A DNA stretch of 64,000 nucleotides from Nymphaea colorata (taxonomy: Eukaryota): assembly GCF_008831285.2 (NCBI RefSeq), contig NC_045138.2, positions 29,140,001-29,204,000 of the forward strand, in the 5' to 3' direction. The notes under the pieces are model-generated. The model was given only the letters and a program-made list of their open reading frames with translations. It had not been told where the DNA came from and searched no databases. Numbering within the stretch: position 1 is the first letter of the stretch; the number at the start of each line of letters is the position of its first letter. Below are positions 52,458 through 64,000 of the stretch, piece by piece. The position numbers were made by a program, and so were the translations under genes.

Positions 52458-53309
52458 CTCTTAAACATGGAAACGTTCCGAAAGAGAGGTGCGTACAATT
52501 CACGGACACTCTCCAGATGAGGAGCACGATAAATTTCTCTTTTTGCAGACAAAAGCTCCTCTTCCAAGGGTGAAATTCTTAATGGCTTCTGCATTATATG
52601 GAGCAAAATCACAAAAACCTACCTAGGGCCAATCATGTTAGTAATCAAGATAAGAACATCCAACATCACATACCTTAGTATTCGAATTGCCACTACGTTT
52701 CTTCCCGGTTTGATCCTTCCCTGTAAGGAAACGGCTTATTCCTGCGAAATTACCAGTCGAACTCACTGACGTTCTCTGTGAAGGATATGAACGTTTTCTT
52801 TTAGCGGCCAAAGCAGTTGCTTCTGCTCCCAATGTAGGCATTTTCCTTGGCACCATTAAAGGGTTCTCAGTTGGTGTTCCTACCATTTTCGCATTCACGT
52901 GGGTAGCAAGTGGTAATGCTGCCTTTTTATGTCTTCCTCTAAGCATTTCTTTTGCATTATCTGGCATCTCAAAATCTCTCTTCACACTCAGAATATTAGA
53001 GACTTCACCCTGATCACCCAAAGAAAATAATCTGCTGCTAGATTCGAAGAGACCGACGTCGCCAACGGCTTCAGCAAGTTTTGTAAAATTATCGGGTGGG
53101 GAAACTTCTAGAAAACCCATGCTGTCAAATTTTGTGCCCATCTTTTTAGGCAGAGGATTGTTGGTAATCGACAAAGAAGATGAAAGCTCGCTCAAGTAGG
53201 GAAACGTATAGAACTGAAGCTCTAGAACGAGAAACACCATGACACCAAACACTACACTGGTCTTTCGTCTGATCCGAACTTTCTTTCTTATCCAATTTGA
53301 GATCCCCAT
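52458..53309 (-). pseudogene. GT47/exostosin gene A, copy 3: exons 1-2 only, catalytic exons missing
   Basis: Exons 52674-53309 and 52458-52588 are open and near-identical to copy 2. Homology stops at ~52253 in intron 2, and exons 3-4 are absent. Confidence 0.9.
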
Positions 53310-54216
53310 CTTTATATACCCTCAAATTATTGGCTCTCCATTGCTTCGAAAACGAAACGAAAGCTTGTCAACAACGCCAAGTAGTTGACAACAACGAGTG
53401 TTAAGTAGTCCAAAGTTTATGCATTGCACGAAAAATCGAAATACCCACAACGAATCCAGCAAGAAAAGAATCATAGCAAGATGTTTACATCAGACCAAAA
53501 AGAAGATGATTTATGCTGTAAAACAGACACAAGAAAAATCTAGACAGCAGGTTGGCTCCTTTTTTCCAGAAATTTCGTCTTTTTTCTCATGAAAAAGTAC
53601 CTGTGGCTCCCCAAAACCCTCGTCTTCTTCTTTCCACTAGATCATGTTGTAGTTTGGTTGTAATCTTACAGACGGGAAGTGCGGGGGTTTCGAGTACATT
53701 GTTCCGGCGCCTCTCGTGTCCTTCATTTACACATAAAGCACCTAATTGTTCATAACTTTCGGAAAGCCGCCCAACTTGTCAATTATAACGTTCAGGTGCC
53801 GGTTCTTTGAGAGCATGCACCTGTCGACAAGTCTGTGCAGGAAGTAAATTGTTAAGATTGGAAACTAGCCTAGTCCGACTAACTAAGATCCGACATTTAC
53901 ATATATTAGTTTCGGATTACTATTGGATTTCAGGGTCAATGTTTGCAGTACGTGATTTCTAACTCCGATGGAAAATGGCACACTGAATCTGAATCAATCT
54001 GGTCACTCAATCCTATTTTCTTTACCAAATGCAACTAATCTTATTTGGATTTGCGTCAACCGTCGGATAAAATAATCTTACTCAAATTTGACTATCATCT
54101 GTCCAGCATATTCAGATCCATCCTAGTCACCGACAATTAGAATTCAACTAGTTTGTGTTCTAAAGTCGCCATCTATATGGTGGTATGCCAAAGACCAAAG
54201 TTATCACTTTTACGAT

Positions 54217-54504
54217 ATACCTTTCAATTTGAGTGTTAGTGTTGTGCATACCTTTCAACTTGAGTGTTAGTGTTGTGCATACTGTTATTTGCACTCCAAA
54301 AAAGTAACACGTTACTCACGAATACTTGAGTGTTAATGTTATGCATACCGTTATTTGCAGTCCAAAAAAGTAACTCACAAATACTTGAGTGTTAATGTTA
54401 TGCATACCGTTATTTGCAGTACAAAAAAATAACACTCACGAATACTTGAGTGTTAATATTATGCATACCGTTATTTGCAGTCCAAAAAAATAACACTCAC
54501 GAAT
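54217..54504. repeat. ~60-bp minisatellite (4 units) plus a 31-bp duplication, specific to copy 3
   Basis: Units start at 54259, 54325, 54384 and 54445 (CTTGAGTGTTAATGTTATGCATACCGTTATTTGCAGTCCAAAAAAGTAACACTCACGAATA). Copy 2 has a single related unit at ~27186-27240. Confidence 0.92.
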
Positions 54505-55169
54505 TGTCTGTGCATCCCTCAGGCGGCCAGATATGCTAAACCTAAATATGTGTTCATCAATGAAGTGATTGTTCTATCATTTTATATATGTAGCCTGCAC
54601 TCCAACACAGTTACATGTATTTATTTACTAAAATAGGAAGACTAGTTAATTAGGGAATTTATGACTCAAAGTAGTAAATTTACGGCCCGCTTCTTGCTCA
54701 GAGAATGAAGCCAAAGATTCAATGCCTCGAGTTAGGTAAAGTTTGATTTTGTCATCTTTTCGTTTCTAATAGGAAACATCCCTCGAAATCTTCCCGAAAA
54801 CAGAAGAAATAAAACCATTCGAAATTTCCCCGATCTCCAGACATACACTCGGCTTCAGTTTGCGCAAGAAGTGGTGCCCAGTCTAGCACTTCACCGACCC
54901 CTTTGGCTCTCGATGTTTTTATTTTCAATCTCCTTTTTTGTTATTCAAGTTCGGCCGATCTCATTCATCGTGCAAATAAAGCATGAAGTTTACTCTCTGA
55001 AATATACAGGAAAACAACAAGATATATACAATCTAGAAAAAGGAAGCGATGCAAATAGATTCAATGAGACTGAACATGGCACGGTCTTTGCTGACTGACT
55101 TCTTAGCATGCAAGCATAACGCAGGTCCTTTTGAGGCTCCCATCTTCCAATGTCAAAGCTCTGAAACTT

Positions 55170-57815
55170 CTACCCTTTTATCTGATATAATCGGTTAAAC
55201 CAAATTGAATGAAGAATCATATGAAATATGTCGTACTTGACAGGCTTTAGATGCCACAGGAAGTGTTTTTGAACTCTTTTCACCCCCGTCTGCAGCATAA
55301 GATACTTCTTCTCTGGGATTGACAACAATATTTCCTTCAACTTGGGAATGTCCTTCTCAGGCATAATGACTGAAAAAGCATCCCAATTTAGGACTTCAAA
55401 GAAAGGTGGAACGAAATTGTCTGATATAATTACAGGAACACACTCATAGTATATTGCCTCAATGATCCGCGGACTGTTGACCTCGTAACCTCTAGGACAG
55501 ATGCAGTACTTGCTAGATTTCATGTGTTCTATGTAGGAAAGTTTGCTTGCGACTCCACGGGGCATTGCTCCATAGATTTTCATGCCAGTATCTTTCTTCT
55601 CCCAGTGATTAAGCAAAATGGGTCTAAGATAACCATGCATTCGTCCAGCAAAGAAGGCGAGGGTTGACCTTTGAGATGTAGGCTTACCTCCAACATCCCT
55701 CAGAGGATTTCGTCCAGAACGAATGTTCGTCTGTGGAAGAGAAACATCTTTACCCAACTTGAAGAAGCCTTGTGAGACATCTGCATTGCATATAGCTTTG
55801 ATTGCATTCTTTCGAAGTTCACGGTGCAACTTTGTTTCAAATGGTCCCTGAGAATCTAGATGAATCAGAATGATATTTCAAGGAGAATTGCCTCAGGAGG
55901 TCAAGAGAAATAACAAGGCTATGTTCAACTGAGCGATAGGGAACAAAGTACATACCCAGTCATGGCAGGCAACAATAAAGTGATCAGCACCTCCAGTTCT
56001 ATTCCAGAAACGATATTTTCTAGCCAGCATGTCAACGTAGTCTTTTAAGAATACAGCTAAAGGACTTACCCTATGTGAATTAGGTACATACAGTAACTCC
56101 CGCATCATGGAGGAACTGTAGGGCAAGTAAAACATGTGAGCTTTTCTTGGGTCCTTGACAACAAATCTTCTGTTCCCTTCCATCTGTTTCATAAACCATC
56201 CCTCAGAAGCATAAATGCCCCTGAAAAAGGGTTTGTGGAAAATGGGTTTGCTTCCTTCCTTATAGATATAAACCTTGAACATTTGCTCCATTAGTTCGTA
56301 GCTCCTGAAACAAGGACAACAAAGCCCTTATCATCCACATGAAAAAGTCTAGATGCAACTAAATTTCTTTAGGGAAAATAACCATAGTTTCACAGCATAC
56401 CCTTCGAGGCTTCGAGTATCAGCTATAGATAGGAGGAACTTCAAAGAAGAAAATTGCATGTTTAGTTCAACAGCATTTGCAGCGGAAATTTTTTCTAAAT
56501 CACAATAGGTACCATGGTGCGTGATATTTGAAATTCTAACAGCACACAACTGCGGTTTCGAATTAATGTACCATACTGCAGTAGTTAACTTATATTAGAC
56601 AAAAAAAATCACATAGTTATCGTCTACTCTTTGCATACATGAGAAACATTGGTGGAAAACACTGCATAGATTGTCTAAGATTTTTCTAGACGCTCATTAG
56701 ATGCGGTCATGGTTTCGAAATGTCAATGAGATACAACTAAACATTCAGTTAATCTAGCGCTCTGCAAGTTTAACCGTATATAATTTCATCAGGCAAAGAT
56801 CGAAAAACCAGAACCGCTTTAGCCATAACAAATGATCCTAAGGCATGAAACTTCAGATATTTCAGTGTCGTGAATATTACATTCTGATGGCTATTCATTA
56901 CCAAGAATTCATGATGTGAAAAACAATCGGGAATTCTGAATAACCAACGCCAGTTGCAGACGAAGATGTTAGTCATGTACCTCTTGAACATGGAGACATT
57001 ACGAAATACTGGCGCGTAAAGATCGCGATCGTTTCTTATCATAGGTGCATTTTGAATTTCTTTCCTTGCAGATAATAGCTCCTTGTCCCGTGGCGATGGC
57101 CACCGAGGTCTCTGCATAGGGAAAACCAAGTATGAGGAATAGATTCATCACGACAGCATCACGCATGGACGTGGATTATGCTGTTGATCCATACCATAGA
57201 ACCAGAAGGAATGCCATTCCAATCAACCCTGTAAACGCTCTCAGCAATCTTATTCCTCATCCAATGCTTTTGTCTCGGCTCATTGGTAATCACCAAACCA
57301 CCATGTAAGGCATAGGAAGTGTTCGGTTCGGAGCCTAACTCTACCTTTCTCACCCCCATGGATGATGACAAAATGGGAACAACTGGGTTCACTAGCAAAG
57401 TTCCATTCGATTTTCCCACGACTTCGTCACTTTTAAAAGAAACGACTGGAGATGATTCAGCAGCCGGAAGAGTGGCTGCCCCTTTTCCATCTACATCCTT
57501 TCCTTCGTCTCTCTGTTCCTCTTGGATACCTCCATCCATACTCACAACTTCAGTTTCCTCCACTTCATCGTTAGAAATAAATGTACGATTCGAGTTATCA
57601 GAATCACTGAGGTCGTTAATCTCGCCAAAATCCGTTACTTCAGGAGCAGAATATTCACTACTGGGAGTACCAATGTCCAGGGTTATAGGTACATGGGCTT
57701 TGCTGTCAGGAAACAAAGAGCAGAAAGTACTCAAATAAGAAATACTGCAAGATTGGAACACTAGCAGAAGTGTTCCCAAGATAACAATCACCAAAGTTAG
57801 CTTTCCGTGTTCCAT
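55170..57815 (-). CDS. GT47/exostosin-family glycosyltransferase B, copy 3, intact, 592 aa
   Basis: Exons 57195-57815, 56981-57111, 55956-56304, 55170-55847 (1779 nt, in frame). Retains GADHFIVACHDW and YCICPRGYEVNSPRIIEAIYYECVPVII. Confidence 0.95.
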
Positions 57816-60800
57816 TATGGGTGCTTCCTTGTCATCTGTACAGCAACCTCCACGCAGCAAACAACCCCAAAACCTTTCCTAGAAGAGGGGAAAACGATAC
57901 CCCATAAGAAATCTTCCTATAATACTGCAAAAAGCAATCATGATCACAAAAAACCAAAAAGAACAAAATGCACAGATACCCACTTCCTAAAACAGTAAAG
58001 CGTGAGACAACTAGAAAGAGAACGCGAAGAACAAACCTAAAAAGAAATCAGGGCTGCAATGCAAACTGAATCACTCCAACCACTACAAAGAGCAAAGACA
58101 CTGAAAATGAGGATTTAAAGATACTCATTTCAGGAAAATTGTGGACGATATCCGCTACAGATGCAGAGTGAAGAGCGACCAAAGCTGCTTCCTTTAGATA
58201 TTCTCGAACCCCAAGTATGCTCACCAAGAATGTGTCGACTTGCTTGCTTCAGAGTTCAGACCCCTACAACTGGTTCTCATAAAGAACATTGGGAAAGGAT
58301 CGTGTTAACTTTTTGAACACCAAATTTTCAGTTTAAGTACTACTGTTTGCCCACACTAGTGGCCGTCTCTTTGTTCCACAACTCAAAGCTAAAATTGAAC
58401 GCAGAAATTATCAACTTACGAAACCTCCACAGAGAGTATATGAAAAAACTAACTTTGACACAAGCAGAAGTATCAAACCTTTTCGAATGGATATAGTTCT
58501 CAATTCATATCAACCTTCAAGGTCACTCCCTGGGATCAATGCCTAGTAATCACTCCATTTGATCAGGCGTCCGGTAAAACTCGCTCCATCTTACTTTTTC
58601 CCTTGATTGTTATTTGGTGCAAAAAGTTACTCCAATACCATCTATCAACGTGTGAGGAAACTAACTTTTTCATCTATTAAAGCGTCGCTTTCGGTTTATT
58701 GACCAGCTGGAATAAAGGAAATAACTGCTGATGGGACTCCAAAGTCTCCAATAGCAAGAGGATGGCCTTAGTGGTCATGAGATAAATGACCACAAGTGAA
58801 GGCGCAAGGAAACTGGTGGAGCAGTCCTTTTTAAATGGAATATTAATAAACAATGTATTTACGTATGTTAAAACATTTTAATACAAAAATAATCAAGGGT
58901 TTTTGAAAAGCAAAACACTGTGCTTTCAAAACACACGTTTATCGAAAACATATTTCAACAACGCCGTGCTCTTATTTCAAGAAATGTATCTGTCCTTATA
59001 CTTTGTCGTTGTTTTTACATTCAAAAAATAAAAATTAGCACCATGCTTTGTGAAATAAGATGACAATGTTCTTGAAACATGTGGGTTAAGGCTAGGTGTT
59101 CTAATGACACAATATTTTTCATACTAATACTTTCTTACCGTTTGATTTGCCTCCTTAGATACTTAAATTATTACAAACTCAAGAATTTCAAGCTAAAGAA
59201 TGTTAGGATCGAGATTACAGGTTTGGTCATATGAAAATTAATTGGATTCGACCGGACGGAAGGCCCCGCAACACAGGGCAGTGACTGCATAAGTCAGAAT
59301 CCTTTTTTGTCCTTTTTCCAGTCAAGCTGAGAAAAAAGGAATTAAAAATTTCACGGCTTATCCAGATATGGCGTCTTCTTGTCTAAAAAATTATCCAAAT
59401 AGTAACGTCATCTGGGAACTTCAACATAATTGCTGAACGGCATCTTTTCGGTAAAAACTTTTCCAAGAATTTTCCCTTCCAAAAAACAATGTGAGAGGCT
59501 TCTTTTGGAGCACGGATTCAGGAGGAAGGGGCATTTGAATTTTTTAAGTTGCATCGTTTTTCTAGTGTTTTTAGAATCGAAACCTTTTTAAAGTACTGCC
59601 AAGTTGGGATTTCAAATTCAATCATTTCCCAAAAGAATTAGAAAAACAAAAAGTTTGAGCACTTTTGTGGAAAAGCAAGCATTAGAAATCAAAATTTGTA
59701 GAAAATTGAAGACTCAAATGGTTGAGAATCAGTTGATAATCTGGTCAACACTTAAAAATTACAGAAACTGGGACGGTGCTCTCTTATGAGGGGGATTGGT
59801 AGGCCGTCGGTTCTTACTAATAAGATTTTTTAATATTATTTTTGTTTTTTATATATTATTATAATATTTTATCACAATTAATTATATTTATATATTATTT
59901 TATATTAAATATATATATTTTTCAATTTTAACGGGGTAGAACCCGAGTTTAGGGTTTAAGTGTCGGGCCAGTCTGACTCCACATCGAGTTGGGCCAAGCT
60001 GATGCCCAGGCTTGCCTATATTCTATTTGGAAAAAGGCAAAAGTTTTTTAAATAATTTTTTTTTTGGTGTGCTAAATAGAGATCTCAAGGAATTTGATTA
60101 AAATCCTATATCTGTCCAAAATGATTCAGAAAATAGGAAAATTTTTTAATACATCCAATTAAAAAAACAACTGGATTAGAAATCAAATAACAACATTTCA
60201 TCGATTTAGAGATTTCGTTCTAAATAAATATCCAATAGAAGAGAAAAAAGTGTTGAAGATTCTGTCTTGACACTTTTTTTCTCATTGTTTTATCTCAGCC
60301 ATGCATAATAAAAGAAGACCGAATATTAAGAATGTTCTTTTATCCGTTTAGCATCTGCATCTGAGTATCTAGCACTTGCCAGTTTTTTTTCTTTTTTGGT
60401 TCTTTCTCTTTATTTATTTACATATACAGTTTAACCATTTAAATAAAGACAAAAAAAAAAAAAACAGCGTGATGCCAAATCAAGATGACGATATCTGACG
60501 AACAAAGATTCTGGTTCCGCGGTAGTGAATGTAAGACTTTATAAATTGATAAAAAATCAAGATTTGAATACAAGACGTGTAACTCTTTGCATAAGCAAGC
60601 TGGTAGAGCCCTTCTATTGCAAATTGACTAAAAAATTACTATTCAATTCAATTCTTATTAAAAAACAAGTCTTCACAAACAAGTAGTAAAGAGGTGGAAG
60701 GTCGATCTTAATCGCTTTCCACAATCTTCAATCGCCTTTTAATTGCTGGCACGAAGAAGCTTCCCAATTTGCCTCGTAGACTTGTTACATTATTAAAAGC

Positions 60801-61658
60801 AGTTTCTTGGAAACATGGCAACTTAGTCTCTATCTTCATTCATTCGTGTCGCTGTTAATTTTCTACACTGCCTTCTTGTATGTTTCCCTTCTAGTTTCCA
60901 GGATGCTTCAAAACAGCTTCATATCAATTACATCATGCATCCGTCTGCCTAAGTTTTTTAGTATATTATATGATAAAAGTATATTGGCAGGACTTAGAGT
61001 CACTTCTATTTCTCATCTCTTCTAAAAATAATATTGGCAAGACTTATAGAGTCACTTCTATTTCTTCTTCCAATTGGTACTAAAAACAATTGAAAATTCA
61101 AATACATTCTTTTCGTTGTTAAACAAAAAAGCAAACATGTATTTAGCCTTTAAGTTGGCCTCTCATATTTTCACCAAATCTTTGCTATTTTTTTTTTTGT
61201 TGCAAGAGCCGATTATAGTTTTAACAGAAACTAAAATATAAATTTTCAAAGTCTTTATGTAAGCTAAACTAAAATTTAAAAATTTTAGTTTATCCAGTCT
61301 TCACCAATGACAATATTTTCATTAATTGCTGGTTATATTAATAACTGACCTACTTTCTCTCCAGAACCAGCCGCAAGATCTGTACTTTTCTATCTACTCT
61401 AGTCCCCTTTTGTAAAACTGAGTCATGCTGTTCATGGAGCTCAATGAATCTAAAGTTAGCGGAAAATAAGTTTTTTTTCCGATGGGCATTTTGAATTATT
61501 GAAAAGGAAGAAAGGAGACTTCTGCAGGGTAATTGGGAAGAAACTACGAATCATTGACTGAGCCACCAACTTAAATATGTCATGGAGATCTCTCAAAGGC
61601 TATTAGAGGGAGGTGCAGGATCAGTTTGCAACCGAACCCCAAAAAAATTCTTCAGAGA

Positions 61659-62082
61659 TTGCGTTTATCTCCTCTGATTCTTCTCTTCATCCTACCATTT
61701 TCTCTGGCAGAAGAGGAGACACCAACTTCCGCTAAAATCTCTGGCTACTTCGTCGTGTTCTTCTTGCATCTTGGTGCGGTTCTTCTCAAGTACAGACTGC
61801 GAAATTGCAGAGGCAGGGGTAGCAGCAGAGACAACAACCGCAACATCGTCAATGTCGAAGTTGGTGATCTTCAAGGGCTCTTTGTTGGGACTCCCCAACA
61901 ATCATCTGGTGGAGTTGACAGGAACCTCTTCAATTCACTGCCAGTTTTCGAGTTTGCAGCCCTCACTGAATCGAGCATAGGCTTGGAATGTGTGATTTGC
62001 ATTGGCAGATTTGAAGGCAAAGATTCGCTTCACTTGCTTCCAAAGTGCAGACACGCTTTTCACAGAGAGTGCATGGACAAAT
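61659..62082 (+). pseudogene. ATL RING-H2 duplicate, pseudogene
   Basis: Paralog of 34694-35308. Start ATG changed to TTG at 61659. Sequence breaks after RECMDK at 62082, losing the RING Trp and the last CxxC. Confidence 0.9.
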
Positions 62083-62365
62083 TGTTGGGATTTACTCATC
62101 TGAATAGTCTTATGTCGATTGGGGTCCATATCTGTTTCAGACCCTTAAGTATAAATACAAGACTCGTGTCTTGTGATGGTGTGAGACACATTCAGTTTTA
62201 CCGTTTGGGTAATCGGTCTCCTTAGTCATACGTGAATTGCCTGTCCCCATCACTTGGCTGATATGGCTGAGGAGAAAAACTCATTGCCGCCGCCGCCGCT
62301 ACCTGCTCCAGGCAACGACTTTATGGGGATTGTAGCTGTTCTTCCAACAGCCGCCGACATTTAGT
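62083..62365 (+). mobile_element. Probable 5' fragment of an LTR retrotransposon
   Basis: Begins TGTTGGGA exactly at the RING breakpoint, has TATAAATA at ~62150 and a candidate LTR end CCCCATCA at 62252. It continues CTTGGCTGAT (no canonical PBS) and a short ORF MAEEKNSLPPPPLPAPG. No second LTR or TSD. Confidence 0.5.
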
Positions 62366-63048
62366 CGGCGGTCACCTCTACAGGTTTTACTTTCGCTCTA
62401 TGAAACACATGAATCTATGAATGTATTCGATTTCTGCATTCTTGTTTATGCGCTACATTGATTTCACACCACGCTTCCGCTGCGCCCTGCCTTCGGTTTT
62501 TGAAGGAAGGGCAGCGAGGGACGATGGCGGGAGAAAAGGGGCTTCGCCCACCTCTGTCCGGCCACATCCAACCTCGCCGGGGAGTCCACCGTCATCGGAC
62601 GGCATTGTGCGACGAACTGATGCACACCCTCAGCCTGCCAGTGGCTTCTGGCCGCCGCTTCAGCCGCCCATTCAAGCAAAGGGGGCGGAAATCAGAAAAG
62701 GGGCAAAATCTGAAAAATAAGGGCACTGCGAGAAGGCGACGACCGGTCATAGGGCTGCCAGTGACTTAGCTGTCGACGGACGGATCAATATTTGAAAGGA
62801 ATTTTCTGTAGTGTGTTGCACTCAATTAAAACTCAGTTACAAGAAAGAAGGTTGCATTAAGACTCAACCAGTTCAATGAATGGGACATACTGCTAGCTAG
62901 ACATGATTAGGCTTGATCGGAGTTTAAGACTGGTTATAGATGTCAATTAATTCAGTCAATATCATTGACCAATCACTATCTAAATTCATTAATGCAGAGA
63001 GAACTAAATTGATTGTGAAAATAGGGTGTGACACTTTACCCAATTTCA

Positions 63049-63820
63049 AAAAGGAGGTCCTCGCAAAAGGGGATGATCCGATATTGATAGCACCAATTAA
63101 AAAAAAAAAAGTATCAGGATCGTCTCCATCATTTGCCTAATTAGCTAAGTTTTATCGGATCACCCCCTTTGAGGTTCTCACAAAAGGGGACCGGACACCC
63201 TATACTCCTCCTGATTATAAAATATCTTAAAAACAAAGATGAGCAAAGCAGCATATTCGCACCTTTTCTTTCATTAGGGTTGCTTTAATTACCTGCCAAA
63301 ATCTTATTGAAAAATTTGAGAGATCATTCAAGTGATCATGCAAAGTCCCACCAACAGATGCACTAGTCTGTTGAACACCAACACCATAGGATATACCGAA
63401 TGCACCAATGGCAGCCTATGATTAGTAAGATACCTCACACTTTTTGGTCTTGCACAAATATGATTGCATTGTGGTAACTCATGAGAAAAAAAAAATGTAA
63501 GAAAAACTTAAAAACAATTGTATTCATAGGAAAAGCCCCACTGAAGTTTTAATTATAATATATATAATTATATTTGGCTTACATTCCTACCTATCAGATC
63601 ACCACCTGACACGAGTTGCCCACAAAAATGTAAGCCAAATGCATGTCTTCGACCTTTCCAGCTTCCCCATAACATGCAAGTCAAATATATATTATAAAAA
63701 ATGTAATATAAAAAAAGAGGGTGATCCGATAAAACTTCAGATCACCACCTGGCTCTTCAAAAATGTAAGCCAAATATAAATATATATATTATAAAAAAAG
63801 GGGGTGATCGATAAAACTTC
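63049..63820. repeat. Cluster of direct and inverted motif repeats (probable DNA-transposon or foldback remnant)
   Basis: AAAGGGGGTGATCCGATAAAACTT-like motif forward at ~63066, 63714 and 63797 and reversed at ~63147. AATGTAAGCCAAAT forward at ~63627 and 63762 and reversed at ~63572. CAGATCACCACCTG occurs twice. Confidence 0.6.
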
Positions 63821-64000
63821 CTCCCATATCTCTCTCTCTGCAGTTAGGCATGAATGGTCCACCGCTATACCGCTATTATATGGATTGAACTTTAAAATTC
63901 ACAATTAAATCGAATTTGAAATCCACTTTTAAATCCACAACCGAATATAGTCGGAAATTAAATAGCGAGTTCACTAAACTTCCTCTTACAACATAGCCCT

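Larger units (their letters stand above)
52253..62082. repeat. Segmental duplication copy 3
   Basis: Colinear with 25211-35117. Similarity resumes at 62784-63048, matching 44976-45234. Confidence 0.95.

Noticed and set aside
54259..54504. CRISPR-like array
   Set aside because: Units are contiguous with no unique spacers, there are no cas genes, and the context is eukaryotic. It is a minisatellite.
2571..57815. Gene conversion among GT47-B copies
   Set aside because: Sites shared by copies 1+3 or 1+2 are explained equally well by private mutations in copies 2 and 3 with copy 1 as outgroup. A formal test would be needed.

Overview
Plant (angiosperm) nuclear DNA with GT-AG introns, organised as a tandem segmental-duplication locus. 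A pair of co-oriented minus-strand exostosin-family (GT47) glycosyltransferase genes, called A and B here, occurs three times about 26-27 kb apart. In copy 1 (1-5990) both genes are disrupted. In copy 2 (23460-31250) both are intact. In copy 3 (52253-58310) A is truncated and B is intact. Between copies 1 and 2 lie a conserved uncharacterised gene with a heptapeptide repeat, an intact 12-exon long-form tRNase Z, and a decayed partial tRNase Z duplicate containing a Copia gag fragment. Between copies 2 and 3 lie an ATL-type RING-H2 gene, several MITEs and a starch-branching-enzyme-II remnant. The most unusual feature is a 344-bp insertion at 4628-4971. It has LTR-retrotransposon hallmarks (TG..CA ends, perfect 5-bp TSD, one ~203-bp LTR, tRNA-iMet PBS, gag-like start) but ends in 41-bp INVERTED repeats instead of a second direct LTR. 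Also notable is a ~190-bp fold-back hairpin (51828-52253) exactly at the duplication junction, between two convergent truncated genes. All calls were made by eye with no database searches; exon coordinates were derived manually.
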